DNA of 64,000 nt from an uncultured Candidatus Actinomarina sp. (GTDB taxonomy: Bacteria; Actinomycetota; Acidimicrobiia; Actinomarinales; Actinomarinaceae), in contig CACNFT010000001.1 in NCBI GenBank assembly GCA_902619825.1, forward strand, positions 265,534 to 329,533, in the 5' to 3' direction. Shown in pieces: positions 28,687 through 40,074 of the stretch. The position numbers and the translations under genes are program-made. Within the stretch, counting starts at the first letter, position 1. Every line of letters starts with the position of its first letter. Below the pieces are notes generated by a model, which worked only from the letters and a program-made list of their open reading frames with translations, had not been told where the DNA came from and did not search any database.

Positions 28687-29762
28687 GTTTCAACCTTTTT
28701 AGAGGCATCTTTGACTTGCTGTTTTACAATAAATCGTCTGATTACTTCATAAAAAACAACAACAATTAATAATATGAAAGCTTGAAGCATTCTCTCAATT
28801 TCTTTCGGAACATCATTTAAGTCCAATATTTGTGATGATCTTTCTAAAAATGCAAACAATAAAGCTCCAACTCCCATACCAAATGGATGATTTCGTCCTA
28901 ATAATGCAACTGCAATACCTGCAAATCCTAAGCCTGTTGGGAAATCAATTGTAAATCTATGAAAATATCCAAGTAATGGGCCAAGTCCAACAAGCCCTGC
29001 AAATCCTCCTGATGTGACCATTGCAACAACTATCAATTTGTTAGGATTTATTCCGCTAAACTTTGCAGCGACAGGATTTGAGCCAGTTATTCTTAAATCA
29101 AAGCCAAGAGTTGTTTTCCAAACTAACCAATAGTAAAAAATTCCAACAATTATTGCTACAAACAAAAATCCGTGTAAGTCTTGCAAGTCCTCAAGTCTAA
29201 ACAAATTATTTAGTGCTGGCATTTGACCTGTTTCTGGTAATTCAGGTGTCCTCGGTAGCTCGTATTCTGATCCTTTTTCATCAAACACGTTAGTTAAACT
29301 ATAAGAAATTAATCCAGTACCTATATAGTTCAACATTATTGTAGATATAACTTCATGAATACCTTTTTTCACTTTCAAATATCCAGCGATTGCTGCCCAC
29401 ATTGCCGAACATGCAACAGCAATAAGAATAATAAATAATATATGCAAGGGTGTAATTATGGTGAACTGAGAACCAACAAATGCAGCAACAATTGAGCCAA
29501 CTAAATATTGTCCTTCAACTCCAATGTTAAAAAGTCCCATTTTAAAGCCAACTGCTACTGCTATCGCAGAAATGTACAATGGAATTGAACGATTTATAAT
29601 TGATACAATCGATTTACCTTTGATTCCATACTCAAACATAATTTGGAAAGTTTCAATTGGGTCTTTACCAATGAATAATAAAATTAGGGAACTCAGTCCA
29701 AACGAAATAGCCAATGCAATTATTGGTGCAGAAAAACTTGCAATTCTTAAACTAAACTTCAT
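28683..29762 (-). CDS. ABC transporter permease (BMP/nucleoside-type uptake system, YufP-like)
   Basis: 359 aa polytopic; 4-nt overlaps on both sides. Confidence 0.75.
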   Translation of the reverse strand: MKFSLRIASFSAPIIALAISFGLSSLILLFIGKDPIETFQIMFEYGIKGKSIVSIINRSIPLYISAIAVAVGFKMGLFNIGVEGQYLVGSIVAAFVGSQFTIITPLHILFIILIAVACSAMWAAIAGYLKVKKGIHEVISTIMLNYIGTGLISYSLTNVFDEKGSEYELPRTPELPETGQMPALNNLFRLEDLQDLHGFLFVAIIVGIFYYWLVWKTTLGFDLRITGSNPVAAKFSGINPNKLIVVAMVTSGGFAGLVGLGPLLGYFHRFTIDFPTGLGFAGIAVALLGRNHPFGMGVGALLFAFLERSSQILDLNDVPKEIERMLQAFILLIVVVFYEVIRRFIVKQQVKDASKKVET

Positions 29763-31270
29763 TTTTTTAATCCAGTCATATAACCACCTAGATCTTCAGG
29801 GGAGACATCATCTGAACTTAACTCTTTTACTGTTGATCCTTGATAAAATACAATGATTCGATCGGATAAACCGATTAATTCCTCAAGATCTGCTGAAATT
29901 AACAATACTGCAAGTCCGTTGTCACGGCTCTGCCTTAGTTTTTCCCAGATTAAAGACTGAGCTCCAATGTCTATTCCTCTAGTTGGCTGTGAAGCAATTA
30001 ATAAAGAAGGGTTATCTTCTAATTCACGACCAACAACAAATTTTTGCTGGTTACCTCCTGAAAGTGCAGTAGCTAGTGTATTAGTATTTGGAGTTTTAAC
30101 ATCAAACAAAGAGATAACATTCTCAGATTCTTTAATTGCATTTTTAGTTTTAACTGTTGCAAGATTTGATTTATATTTTTCAATATTTTGTCTCCCTATA
30201 ATTACGTTATTTGTGAGATTCATGTCCATAATCATTGCTTGAAGTTGCCTATCTTCAGGAATAAAACTTATTCCTGATTCCAATCTTTGTCTTGTAGTTT
30301 TATTATTGATATTTTCACCATTAAAGAAGATCTCTCCAGATTCAATATTTTGAATACCAATTATTGATTCAACAACTTCTTTTTGTCCGTTACCTTCTAC
30401 ACCAGCAATACCAAGTATTTCTGATTCAAAAACACTAAAAGAAACGTCTGTAAAAAATTTTCTTCCATCAACAGATTCTGAGGTAATACTTTTTATATCA
30501 ATTATTTTATTTTGTTTTGTTTCTGTACTTCTTGGAGGCGGGGTTGGTAAACTTTTTCCTATCATCATTTCAGCTAATTCAGTTTTACTTACATTTTCAT
30601 TCTTTACTGAATCAATAAGTTCTCCGGCCCTCATAACGCTTATATCGTCAGCAATCTCAAGAACTTCGTCAAGTTTGTGAGATATAAAAATAATAGTTAC
30701 ACTATTTTGTTTTAAATTATTGAGATTTTTGAATAGCTCATTAACTTCTTGTGGAACCAAAACAGCTGTCGGTTCATCAAGTATTAATATTTTTGCGCCT
30801 CGAAATAAAACCTTTATTATCTCAACTCTTTGTTTTTCTCCCACACTTAAATCTTCTACAAACATATCTAAATCTATATCTAAAGAGTAAGTGCTCATAA
30901 CTTCTTCAATTAATTTTTTGTATTTTTTAAGACCTAAATTTTTAATTGAAGGCTTGTCAATTCCTAGAATTATATTTTCGAGAACGGTTAGGTTTTTTGC
31001 CAACATAAAATGCTGATGAACCATACCAATTCCAAGATTTATAGCCTCCTTTGGTGAGGACATGCTTGCAGATTGATTAAAAACTTCAATTTCACCTTGA
31101 TCAGGCTTTGTCATTCCATAAAGTATCTTCATTAATGTTGATTTACCAGCTCCATTTTCACCAACTATTGCATGTATAGAGCTTTTTTCTATTTGGACCG
31201 ACACATTTGAATTAGCTAAAACCCCAGGATAGGATTTTGATATATTTTTAGTGTTAATCGCTAAATTCAT
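29759..31270 (-). CDS. ABC transporter ATP-binding protein with two fused nucleotide-binding domains
   Basis: 503 aa; N-terminal Walker A GENGAGKST, signature LSVGEKQR, Walker B ILILDEP, and a second degenerate NBD (LSGGNQQK). Confidence 0.85.
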   Translation of the reverse strand: MNLAINTKNISKSYPGVLANSNVSVQIEKSSIHAIVGENGAGKSTLMKILYGMTKPDQGEIEVFNQSASMSSPKEAINLGIGMVHQHFMLAKNLTVLENIILGIDKPSIKNLGLKKYKKLIEEVMSTYSLDIDLDMFVEDLSVGEKQRVEIIKVLFRGAKILILDEPTAVLVPQEVNELFKNLNNLKQNSVTIIFISHKLDEVLEIADDISVMRAGELIDSVKNENVSKTELAEMMIGKSLPTPPPRSTETKQNKIIDIKSITSESVDGRKFFTDVSFSVFESEILGIAGVEGNGQKEVVESIIGIQNIESGEIFFNGENINNKTTRQRLESGISFIPEDRQLQAMIMDMNLTNNVIIGRQNIEKYKSNLATVKTKNAIKESENVISLFDVKTPNTNTLATALSGGNQQKFVVGRELEDNPSLLIASQPTRGIDIGAQSLIWEKLRQSRDNGLAVLLISADLEELIGLSDRIIVFYQGSTVKELSSDDVSPEDLGGYMTGLKK

Positions 31271-31285
31271 ATTAATTTTAAAAAT

Positions 31286-31315
31286 ATTCGTTCCAGAGTT
31301 TCCTCTGGAACGAAT
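31286..31315. terminator. Perfect 13-bp stem-loop (attenuator/terminator) between the BMP binding-protein gene and the downstream ABC ATPase gene
   Basis: ATTCGTTCCAGAG-tttc-CTCTGGAACGAAT read directly; followed on the transcribed (minus) strand by ATTTTTAAAATT. Confidence 0.5.
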
Positions 31316-31334
31316 ATAAAATTTTCAGACTTTT

Positions 31335-32459
31335 TTAAGGTCTTACAGACGGAGGTACAATTTCTCCGCTTATAATTTTTGCTTTGTACTCTTCTAGTGT
31401 GTCTTTTATATCATCAATATATCCACCTGAATAAGACAAATATATTCCTCCAGTTGATAAATCATCAACATTAGGACCACCAGTAAAGGTACCTTCTACT
31501 GTTGCTTTTGCAGCATTGTAGATTGATACATCAGCAGCCTTAACCATTGAGGTTAAGATGTATTCCTGTAATTCTGGAAGTGGGTTTCCAACTGTGTAGT
31601 ATTGATCAAAGTCAACACCAATTCCCCATACTTTTGTTCCAGTTGATTCAGTTACTTCTTTAGCTGCTTCGAACATTCCTGTACCAGTTCCACCAGCAGC
31701 ATGATAAATTATATCGGCTCCGGCTTCGTACTGTGCAAGCGCAATTTCCTTACCTTTTACAGGATCATTAAATCCTGAAAAGTCTGGAGGAACACTTGCG
31801 TATCCAATTTGTACGGTAATGTCTGGATTTATTGCAGCAACACCGGCAAGAAAACCTTGCTCAAATTCATGAATTAGTGGAAAATCAACCCCACCTATGA
31901 ATCCAACATTATTTGTTGATGTTTTTAATGCTGCGGCAACCCCTGCAAGGAAAGATCCTTCAGCATGCTTAAATAACATTCCTCTTACGTTACCTGGCTC
32001 TGCAACACCATCTGTAATTGCAAAGTTAATGTCTGGATAATTAGGTGCTACTTCATTCATTGCTCCGTCAAATAAGAAACCATTACCAACAATCAAATCG
32101 TTTCCTGCTTCTGCGCAAAGCTCTAGAAGTTCACCTCTATTTTCTCCACCACCGTCAGGCTCTAGGAAAGTACCTACCATGCCAAAATCAGCAATCGCTG
32201 CTTCGTATCCTGAATATGCTAAATCATTAAATGCTAGATCTCCAAGACCTCCAATGTCTAATACAAGACAAATGCTAAATGGATCGGCTTCAGGTTCAGC
32301 TGCTGCGGCAGTTGTCGCAGGTGAGTCCAGAGTTTCTGCTGGTTCTTCTTCTGCTACAACTTCTTCTTCAGCTGCATCATCACTTCCGCCACCACAAGCA
32401 GTTAATATAAGGCCAAATACTATGAAAAGTACAAGCCATTTTGACTTCATTCGAGTCAC
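31335..32459 (-). CDS. BMP-family (basic membrane protein / PnrA-like) ABC transporter substrate-binding lipoprotein
   Basis: Signal peptide + lipobox LTAC, acidic Ala/Glu linker, BMP-family core; first gene of the transporter operon. Confidence 0.8.
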   Translation of the reverse strand: MTRMKSKWLVLFIVFGLILTACGGGSDDAAEEEVVAEEEPAETLDSPATTAAAAEPEADPFSICLVLDIGGLGDLAFNDLAYSGYEAAIADFGMVGTFLEPDGGGENRGELLELCAEAGNDLIVGNGFLFDGAMNEVAPNYPDINFAITDGVAEPGNVRGMLFKHAEGSFLAGVAAALKTSTNNVGFIGGVDFPLIHEFEQGFLAGVAAINPDITVQIGYASVPPDFSGFNDPVKGKEIALAQYEAGADIIYHAAGGTGTGMFEAAKEVTESTGTKVWGIGVDFDQYYTVGNPLPELQEYILTSMVKAADVSIYNAAKATVEGTFTGGPNVDDLSTGGIYLSYSGGYIDDIKDTLEEYKAKIISGEIVPPSVRP

Positions 32460-32590
32460 TTTTACTCCTTGTCCAACTAGTTGTAGGTATAAAATACCTT
32501 TAAAAACCCCGTTGGAATTTATAGTAGCAATTTTTAATAGATTATCTTTTGATAAGACTTAATTTTTGATAACAGTTTGACAGATTTAAA

Positions 32591-35071
32591 TTATGAATCA
32601 GAGTCAGCAAAATCAACTTCAGGTTCGTTGGGAGCTTCTACAGACTCAAATTCAAGCTTTTCGTCTTCTTCATTTAAAGAAACAATAATTGTAGATCCTG
32701 CTTTGTATTTTCCTTGTAATAGTTCTTCAGACAGAGGATCTTCGAGAAGTCTCTGAATAGATCTTCTTAATGGTCTAGCGCCGAATTCTTTGTTGTATCC
32801 TTCTGTAGCTAAATATTGTTTTGCTTCATCAGATAGTACTATCTCTAGGTCTGAATTTTTAAGTTGTTTGTGAACTCTGTCTAACATTAAATCAACAATT
32901 TCTTTTACTTCATCAAGTGTTAACTCATGGAAAACAATAGTTTCATCAATACGGTTTAGAAACTCAGGCTTAAAGTATCTTTTTAGTTCTTCATTAACTT
33001 TTGATTTCATTTTTTCATATGATCCAGTGTCAGATAAGTTGCTGAAGCCGATATTTTTTGACAAATCTTTTGTACCAAGGTTACTTGTCATTATTATCAC
33101 AGTATTTTTAAAATCAACTGTTCTTCCTTGTGCATCGGTTAATCTTCCATCTTCTAGTATTTGTAAAAGAGTATTGAAAACATCTGGGTGTGCCTTTTCA
33201 ACCTCATCTAAAAGAACAACGCTGAACGGTTTTCTTCTAACTGCTTCAGTTAATTGTCCGCCCTCATCATAACCAACATAACCTGGAGGAGATCCAATTA
33301 ACCTACTTACTGTGTGCTTCTCCATGTATTCTGACATATCGATTTGAATTAATGAATCTTCGTCACCAAATAAGAACTCAGCAAGTGCTTTTGCTGTTTC
33401 AGTCTTTCCAACACCTGATGGTCCAAGGAAAATAAATGAACCTGACGGTCTTTTCGGATCTTTTAAGCCTGACCTTGTTCTTCTAATAGCCTTTGAAACA
33501 GCTGTAATTGCTTCATTTTGTCCAACAATTCTTTTATGAAGTTCATTTTCCATTTCAAGTAATCTTGCAGTTTCTTCCTGAGTTAACCTATGAACAGGAA
33601 TTCCTGTCCATTGTGCTAAAACTTCTGCTATTTCTTCCTCATCAATGACCATCTCAATATCTGAAGAGCTACTTCCTTCTATTGAATCAACTTCATCTAA
33701 CAAGACTTTTTCTTGGTCTCTTATTTGAGCTGCTTTCTCAAATAATTGTGATTGAACAGCATCAATTTTTTGTTCTCTTAAGTTTTTAAGTTTGTCAGAG
33801 AGCTCTTGTTTATCAGCATCTAAAGGCTTTTTGTAGACTCTCATACGGCTTCCTGCTTCATCAATTAAATCAATAGCTTTGTCTGGTAAAAATCGGTCTG
33901 AAATGTATCTATCGGCCATATTGACTGCTGAGGCAATTGCTTGATCAGTGAATCTAACACCATGGTGAATTTCATAACGATCTTTTAACCCATCAAGTAT
34001 CTCAATTGCGTCTGAGAGATTTGGCTCATCAACTTTTACTGATTGAAATCTTCTTTCTAATGCTGCGTCTTTCTCGAAATGCTTTCTAAATTCTTCTAAT
34101 GTTGTAGCTCCTACTGTTTGCAACTCACCTCTTGCTAGCATAGGTTTTAGTATTGATGCAGCATCAATAGCTCCTTCAGCAGCTCCAGCACCAACTAATG
34201 TATGAATTTCATCGATAAATAGAACAATGTCGCCTCTCGTTTTAATTTCTTTTAATACTTTTTTGAGTCTTTCCTCAAAATCTCCACGATATCTTGACCC
34301 TGCGACCAAAGCTGATAAATCTAATGTATAAATTTGTTTACCTTGTAATGTAGACGGAACATCTCCAGATACAATTTTTTGTGCTAACCCTTCAACGATT
34401 GCTGTTTTACCAACGCCTGGTTCGCCGATCAAAACAGGATTGTTCTTTGTTCTTCTTGAGAGAATTTGCATCACTCTTTCAATTTCAGTTGTTCTTCCAA
34501 TAACAGGATCTAGTTTTCCTTCTTTACCCATTCTTGTAAGATTTCTTCCAAACTGGTCTAATATCGCTGAACCAGTACCTGAACCTGGTCTTTCTCTTCC
34601 ACCAGTGGAAGCTGCTTGAGCTTTTTTGCCTTCACCTGAATTTGAAATGAGTTTTATGACTGTCTGTCTGACTTGAGATAGTTCTGCTCCAAGTTTTTTG
34701 AGTACTTGAGCTGCTACGCCTTCTCCCTCTCTAATTAAGCCGAGCAATATGTGCTCTGTTCCGATATAGTTGTGGCCTAATTGTAAAGCTTCTCTGAGAG
34801 ATAGTTCTAAAACCTTTTTTGCTCTTGGTGTAAAAGGAATATGACCACTTGGTGATTGTTGACCCTCTCCTATAATTTCAACAACTTCAGACCTTACACT
34901 ATCAATACTGATATTTAGTTCTTCTATTGCTTTTGCAGCATGACCTTCACCTTCTTGGATTAAACCAAGTAAGATGTGTTCTGTGCCAATATAATTGTGA
35001 TTTAGTCTTCTTGCTTCTTCTTGTGCAAGAACCACAACTCTTCTGGCTCTATCTGTAAATCTCTCAAACAT
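32591..35071 (-). CDS. clpC: ATP-dependent Clp protease ATP-binding subunit ClpC
   Basis: Two N-terminal Clp-repeat segments, two AAA+ modules ([16 protein letters not shown]), UVR-like linker; 826 aa. Confidence 0.93.
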   Translation of the reverse strand: MFERFTDRARRVVVLAQEEARRLNHNYIGTEHILLGLIQEGEGHAAKAIEELNISIDSVRSEVVEIIGEGQQSPSGHIPFTPRAKKVLELSLREALQLGHNYIGTEHILLGLIREGEGVAAQVLKKLGAELSQVRQTVIKLISNSGEGKKAQAASTGGRERPGSGTGSAILDQFGRNLTRMGKEGKLDPVIGRTTEIERVMQILSRRTKNNPVLIGEPGVGKTAIVEGLAQKIVSGDVPSTLQGKQIYTLDLSALVAGSRYRGDFEERLKKVLKEIKTRGDIVLFIDEIHTLVGAGAAEGAIDAASILKPMLARGELQTVGATTLEEFRKHFEKDAALERRFQSVKVDEPNLSDAIEILDGLKDRYEIHHGVRFTDQAIASAVNMADRYISDRFLPDKAIDLIDEAGSRMRVYKKPLDADKQELSDKLKNLREQKIDAVQSQLFEKAAQIRDQEKVLLDEVDSIEGSSSSDIEMVIDEEEIAEVLAQWTGIPVHRLTQEETARLLEMENELHKRIVGQNEAITAVSKAIRRTRSGLKDPKRPSGSFIFLGPSGVGKTETAKALAEFLFGDEDSLIQIDMSEYMEKHTVSRLIGSPPGYVGYDEGGQLTEAVRRKPFSVVLLDEVEKAHPDVFNTLLQILEDGRLTDAQGRTVDFKNTVIIMTSNLGTKDLSKNIGFSNLSDTGSYEKMKSKVNEELKRYFKPEFLNRIDETIVFHELTLDEVKEIVDLMLDRVHKQLKNSDLEIVLSDEAKQYLATEGYNKEFGARPLRRSIQRLLEDPLSEELLQGKYKAGSTIIVSLNEEDEKLEFESVEAPNEPEVDFADSDS

Positions 35072-35151
35072 AATTTAATAATAACAAAGCTCTGTTTATA
35101 CCTCTAAACGAAAATTACAACTATTTGTGAAATTCTCTTATTCTTTAACTT

Positions 35152-36129
35152 ATGGAATCAAATGAATTAAAAAATATAATCCCTATTCAAAGTATTTGGG
35201 AAGACCTTGCCCTGTTAGAGGATAGACTTATAGAAATTAGCAGTTCTTCTGATCCATATCTCACAGAAATATCACAATACTTAATATCAGCTGGTGGAAA
35301 AAGGTTCAGACCATTAATTGCTCTGTTGGCAGGAAAATTAGGTGATGGGGATAATAAAAAAGTAATTGATGCTGGAGTTTCAGTTGAGTTAATACACCTT
35401 GGGAGCTTGTACCACGATGATGTAATAGATGATGCTACAACAAGAAGAGGGGTGGTAAGTACAAACAAACAATGGAATTCAACATTAGCAATTTTGGCTG
35501 GAGATTACCTTCTTGCGAGGTCCTCCGAGCTGGCCGCTGAGTCATTAGGGCTTGAATCTGTAAAGCTATTAGCTTCCACATATGCTCAGCTTGTTGAAGG
35601 CCAAACAAAAGAAGTTCAGTTTTCATATGATACAAATCATGGAACTGAAGATTACATGAAAATAATTGAGGGGAAAACAGCAAGCTTAATCAAGACAAGT
35701 GCAAAGTTAGGAGCAATGGCCTCAAATAGTAAAAAAGACGACATAGATTATATAAGTGAATGGGCTTGGCACAATGGAATTATTTTTCAAATCACAGATG
35801 ATATATTAGATCTAAGTTCTGATGAACAGACTCTTGGTAAACCATCTGGTAATGACATTATTGAGGGTACTTATACATTGCCAGTTTTAATAGCGTTGAA
35901 GCAACAGCCAGAAAAAATAAAAAAATTATTATCAGACATCTCTGATGAAAAAGTAGTTTTAAAGGAAGTAATTGCTGAATTTAATAATGACGAAATTATT
36001 TCGGAATCAAAAATATTTCTTGAAACACATATTGAGAAAAGTGAAAACGCTGCAATGAAAATTGAAAATAATGATATTAGAAATATACTTTTAGATTTAA
36101 ATAGATATCTTATAGAAAGAAGTAATTAA
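35152..36129 (+). CDS. Polyprenyl diphosphate synthase (trans-isoprenyl diphosphate synthase family)
   Basis: First and second Asp-rich motifs LYHDDVIDD and ITDDILD; 325 aa. Confidence 0.8.
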   Translation: MESNELKNIIPIQSIWEDLALLEDRLIEISSSSDPYLTEISQYLISAGGKRFRPLIALLAGKLGDGDNKKVIDAGVSVELIHLGSLYHDDVIDDATTRRGVVSTNKQWNSTLAILAGDYLLARSSELAAESLGLESVKLLASTYAQLVEGQTKEVQFSYDTNHGTEDYMKIIEGKTASLIKTSAKLGAMASNSKKDDIDYISEWAWHNGIIFQITDDILDLSSDEQTLGKPSGNDIIEGTYTLPVLIALKQQPEKIKKLLSDISDEKVVLKEVIAEFNNDEIISESKIFLETHIEKSENAAMKIENNDIRNILLDLNRYLIERSN

Positions 36130-37610
36130 TTTTCTGGTTTTAAGTGCGTAAATGAAATTACTTCCCGTATTGAAGTTTTACCTACAAGCATCATCACAAA
36201 ACGGTCGACTCCAAACCCTAAACCACCAGTTGGAGGCAAGCCATATTGTAAAGCTTCTACGTAATCTTCATCTTCAACATGAGCTTCTTCATCACCGTCA
36301 TTTTTTTTAATAGCTTGTTCTTTGAGCCTATTGGCCTGATCTTCAGAGTCTATAAGCTCTGAAAAACCATTTGCCAATTCACTACCAAATGCAAAAAGTT
36401 CAAACCTCTCAGTTATACCTTTTTCATCTTTCTTTTCTCTTGCAAATGGAGAAACTTCTACAGGATAATCAATTACAAATGTTGGATCTATGATTTCTTT
36501 CTCTACGAAATTCTCAAAAAGTTCATAAACAAGTAATCCAATTGATTTAGCTTCAAAATCAACTCCTTGCTTTTTTAATTCTTTGCTAATCTTCTTAAAA
36601 TCTGAATTAAATTCTATGTCTATATTAAATTTTTCAGAAACCATATCAAACATACTTATCCTTTTCCATGGTCCTGAGAAGTCAGCAGTATTTTCACCAA
36701 AGTCCAACTTTGTATCAGTTTCTAAATTTTTAAAAACATATGTACACATATCTTCAACCATGTCCATAACAGAATTTGCATCAGCGTATGCCTGATAGCT
36801 TTCTAACATCGTAAATTCCGGTAAATGTGTTTGATCAATACCTTCATTTCTGAAAATTTTTCCTAATTCAAATACTTTTTCAAATCCTCCAATAATAAGT
36901 CTTTTTAGATAAAGTTCTGGAGCAATCCTTAAATACATGTCTAAACCTAAAGCATTATGGTGAGTTGTAAACGGCTTTGCTATCGCACCACCAGCTTTAG
37001 TTTGCAATATTGGAGTTTCCACCTCTACAAAACTATTTTCATGTAAATATTCTCTGATAAGCTTTATTACCTTTGATCTAGTTTCTAGAATTTTTTTTGA
37101 CTCAGGGTTCACTATTAAATCCAAGTATCTTTGCCTAAATCTTGTTTCTATATCTTTTAATCCATGCCATTTTTCTGGAAATGATCTTAAACTTTTAGAT
37201 AGTATTGTTGACTGATTCACTTTAATTGAAAGCTCCCCTTTTTTAGTTTTAATTACCTCACCGTTTACTGCAATTATGTCGCCAATATCAAAATTTTCAA
37301 AAAGCCTTAGATAAACATCGTCAATTTCACCAGAATTAACAAGTAATTGAATTTTTCCAGATTGATCTAATATGTCATAAAATAATAATTTGCCAAACGA
37401 TCTTGCATTTAATAATCTTCCCCTAACGGTTACAGATATGCCTGTATGAATACCTTCTTCAATATCTCTATGTTCATTGATAATATTTGAAATCTTCGTG
37501 GATTCATTAAATTTTGTGGGAAAAGAGTCGTTACTTATATCATTAAGTAAAGCAATTTTTTGCTTTCTAAGTTCATAGATTTCTTTTTCTGATTTTGAAA
37601 AATTACTCAC
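36126..37610 (-). CDS. lysS: Lysine--tRNA ligase (class II)
   Basis: OB-fold anticodon-binding N-terminus, class II motifs incl. GGLGFGVDRFVMML; 494 aa. Confidence 0.92.
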   Translation of the reverse strand: MSNFSKSEKEIYELRKQKIALLNDISNDSFPTKFNESTKISNIINEHRDIEEGIHTGISVTVRGRLLNARSFGKLLFYDILDQSGKIQLLVNSGEIDDVYLRLFENFDIGDIIAVNGEVIKTKKGELSIKVNQSTILSKSLRSFPEKWHGLKDIETRFRQRYLDLIVNPESKKILETRSKVIKLIREYLHENSFVEVETPILQTKAGGAIAKPFTTHHNALGLDMYLRIAPELYLKRLIIGGFEKVFELGKIFRNEGIDQTHLPEFTMLESYQAYADANSVMDMVEDMCTYVFKNLETDTKLDFGENTADFSGPWKRISMFDMVSEKFNIDIEFNSDFKKISKELKKQGVDFEAKSIGLLVYELFENFVEKEIIDPTFVIDYPVEVSPFAREKKDEKGITERFELFAFGSELANGFSELIDSEDQANRLKEQAIKKNDGDEEAHVEDEDYVEALQYGLPPTGGLGFGVDRFVMMLVGKTSIREVISFTHLKPEN

Positions 37611-37620
37611 TATTCATAGC

Positions 37621-38388
37621 CTAATTATTCAAAAAATATATTTCTTCAAGTCCATTTAATGTTAGATCTTTTGAGTACTCTGTTTCGACATTTATTAGGG
37701 GTTGGATTACCTCTCCTAGGCCACCAGTTATAACAATTTTTGGATTCGTGCCTGTCTCTAAAATTATTTTTTCCAACATAGAATCTATCATCGATGCATG
37801 CCCTAAAATAAGACCGCTTTGTATAGCTTCATATGTGTTTTTACCAATTACTGATTTGGGGCTCAATATTTCTACCGATTTTAATGATGATGTTTTTGTG
37901 GTTAATGCCTCAAGAGATATTTTGATACCCGGAGCAATTGATCCACCTAAATATTCTTTTTTATCATTTACTACATCAAAAGTTGTGGCGGTACCCAAAT
38001 CAACAATAATTACAGATTTTTGAGCCATCTTGAAACCACCAACAGAGTTTGCAATCCTATCAGGTCCCAATTCTTTTGGATTGTCAATGTTAACTTTTAA
38101 ACCTGTTTTTATTCCTGGGCCAACTATATAAACTTTTTTAGAGGTAAATCTCTCAGTAGCTTCCACAACGCTTTCAGTTATTTGAGGAACTACCGAACAT
38201 ATAATTGAGCCATCAAGATTTTCGTCATTAATACTGTCGGGATCAATTGTTGTTTTAAACATCATAAATAATTCATCAGAAGTGATTGTTTTTCTAGTTG
38301 TATATCTATAGCTTCTCCAAGATAAATTATTTCCAACACCTACAGTTGTTTCACTGTTTCCGACATCTATTGCGACTATATTTTTCAT
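37621..38388 (-). CDS. coaX: Type III pantothenate kinase
   Basis: IDVGNS and DLGTATTFD acetate/sugar-kinase-fold motifs; conserved position between lysS and panC as in mycobacteria. Confidence 0.85.
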   Translation of the reverse strand: MKNIVAIDVGNSETTVGVGNNLSWRSYRYTTRKTITSDELFMMFKTTIDPDSINDENLDGSIICSVVPQITESVVEATERFTSKKVYIVGPGIKTGLKVNIDNPKELGPDRIANSVGGFKMAQKSVIIVDLGTATTFDVVNDKKEYLGGSIAPGIKISLEALTTKTSSLKSVEILSPKSVIGKNTYEAIQSGLILGHASMIDSMLEKIILETGTNPKIVITGGLGEVIQPLINVETEYSKDLTLNGLEEIYFLNN

Positions 38389-39212
38389 TTTGTAGCTCCA
38401 ACTTCAAACTGAATATTATCAATTAATCTTATACCCTCGACATAAGCAGCAATAATAATTATAAATTTTTTTGTAGTATTTTTTGGAGGTGAAAATGTTT
38501 TATGATCAAGAATTTCAAAATAATCTAGACCAATATTATTCTTCAATAATTTATCGGTCCCAACTTTGACTGCATCTACTGTGTTGTTAGTTTTTATAAA
38601 TTCATCTTTTGCAGCATTCAATGATTTGTAAATAAAACTTGCCTGTTGAATACCCGTGTTTGAAAGGTGTTGATTACGGCTGCTTAACGCAAGACCTGAA
38701 CTATTTCTTACTATCTTATTTTCAATAAGTTTTATATTGTATTTCTTTTCTAAAATCAACTTGTTAATTAAAAACAATTGTTGAAAATCTTTTGCTCCAA
38801 ACACTGCAGTTTTTGGAGCAATCAATTCAAATAATCTATTTACGACTGTTATTACCCCATCGAAATGACCGGGTCTCGAGTTTCCTTCATATTTTTTTCC
38901 TAAATTACCTGCATCAAGTTTATCAAAGCCTGATTCAGGAAACATATACTCCTCATCAGGAAAAAAAACATATTCTATATTTAATCGATTAAGTATTGAA
39001 ATATCTTTTTCAAAATCTCTTGGATAATTTTTAAAATCTAAATCATCATCGAACTGAAGTCTGTTTACAAATATAGATACTATCACTTCTTGTTCTGTTT
39101 TTTTTGCCGCATTTATTAATGCAATGTGACCTTCATGCAGAGCTCCCATCGTTGGAACGAGACAAAGATTTTTATTATCAAATATATGTTCATTATTTTT
39201 TAAAATTATCAT
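38385..39212 (-). CDS. panC: Pantoate--beta-alanine ligase
   Basis: LVPTMGALHEGHIALI (HIGH-type) motif; 275 aa. Confidence 0.9.
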   Translation of the reverse strand: MIILKNNEHIFDNKNLCLVPTMGALHEGHIALINAAKKTEQEVIVSIFVNRLQFDDDLDFKNYPRDFEKDISILNRLNIEYVFFPDEEYMFPESGFDKLDAGNLGKKYEGNSRPGHFDGVITVVNRLFELIAPKTAVFGAKDFQQLFLINKLILEKKYNIKLIENKIVRNSSGLALSSRNQHLSNTGIQQASFIYKSLNAAKDEFIKTNNTVDAVKVGTDKLLKNNIGLDYFEILDHKTFSPPKNTTKKFIIIIAAYVEGIRLIDNIQFEVGATK

Positions 39213-39241
39213 ATTTATCGTGCCCTTAAAGGTGCCCGTAA

Positions 39242-39727
39242 CTAATTAGTATTTACACTACCAACTTTATTTATTTTTTGAACATCTAATTTGTAATCTT
39301 GCAGATTAAATTCTTTGAACAACTCACAAAGAGGTTTTACAACAAAAACTCTATTTGACCAATCGTAATGGGGAATGACTAAATCTTTTGAATTTATTAT
39401 CTGATTATTAAAAAAAACAATATCAATATCAATAATTCTTGGACCATATTTTACTGTTTTTTTTCTGCCCATCCTTCTTTCTATATCTTTAGTAGTTTCT
39501 AATAGTTCAATTACTGATTTTTTATAATCTATTTCTAGAACGAGATTAAAAAAATTATCTTGATCTTTTAATAATATTGGATCAGATTCATAAATTGATG
39601 AGATCTTTTTAATTGTTGAGAATTCATTTATTTCATTTATCGCAGTTTCCAAATTAGATTTTTTATCTCCAATATTTGAGCCTAAAGATAATATTATTTT
39701 ATTAAAATTCTTCACTTGCAGTAACAC
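39242..39727 (-). CDS. folK: 2-amino-4-hydroxy-6-hydroxymethyldihydropteridine pyrophosphokinase
   Basis: ILSLGSNIGDK N-terminus and IIDIDIVFF motif typical of HPPK; 161 aa. Confidence 0.85.
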   Translation of the reverse strand: MLLQVKNFNKIILSLGSNIGDKKSNLETAINEINEFSTIKKISSIYESDPILLKDQDNFFNLVLEIDYKKSVIELLETTKDIERRMGRKKTVKYGPRIIDIDIVFFNNQIINSKDLVIPHYDWSNRVFVVKPLCELFKEFNLQDYKLDVQKINKVGSVNTN

Positions 39728-40073
39728 TTATATCTTCAACAAGTTCTTTCAATGGTGAGTTTGGCTTATGAATAGTGACCGTTGCTCTTGATATATTGTT
39801 ATATTTTCTTAAACTATTCAAAATCTCATATGCAAATGTCTCAATAAGATCAAAAGAATTATTATCTGATACATTTATAACCTCATTCACTAGGTTTTCG
39901 TAATTAATCGTATTTTCAAAGCTTTCAGATTTATAGTTTTCAAAATTCAAAATATTTTCTTTTAGCTCTATTAGCAAGTCAATCCTAAAGTTTTGACTAT
40001 TCGTTTTTTCATGGTCATAAAAACCATGGGTTCCATAAACATTTATACCCTCTACTTGAATTGTAAGAGGCAT
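39702..40073 (-). CDS. folB: Dihydroneopterin aldolase
   Basis: 123 aa; GINVYGTHGFYDHEK... resembles the FolB core; sits between folK and folP as expected. Confidence 0.8.
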   Translation of the reverse strand: MPLTIQVEGINVYGTHGFYDHEKTNSQNFRIDLLIELKENILNFENYKSESFENTINYENLVNEVINVSDNNSFDLIETFAYEILNSLRKYNNISRATVTIHKPNSPLKELVEDISVTASEEF

Positions 40074-40074
40074 A

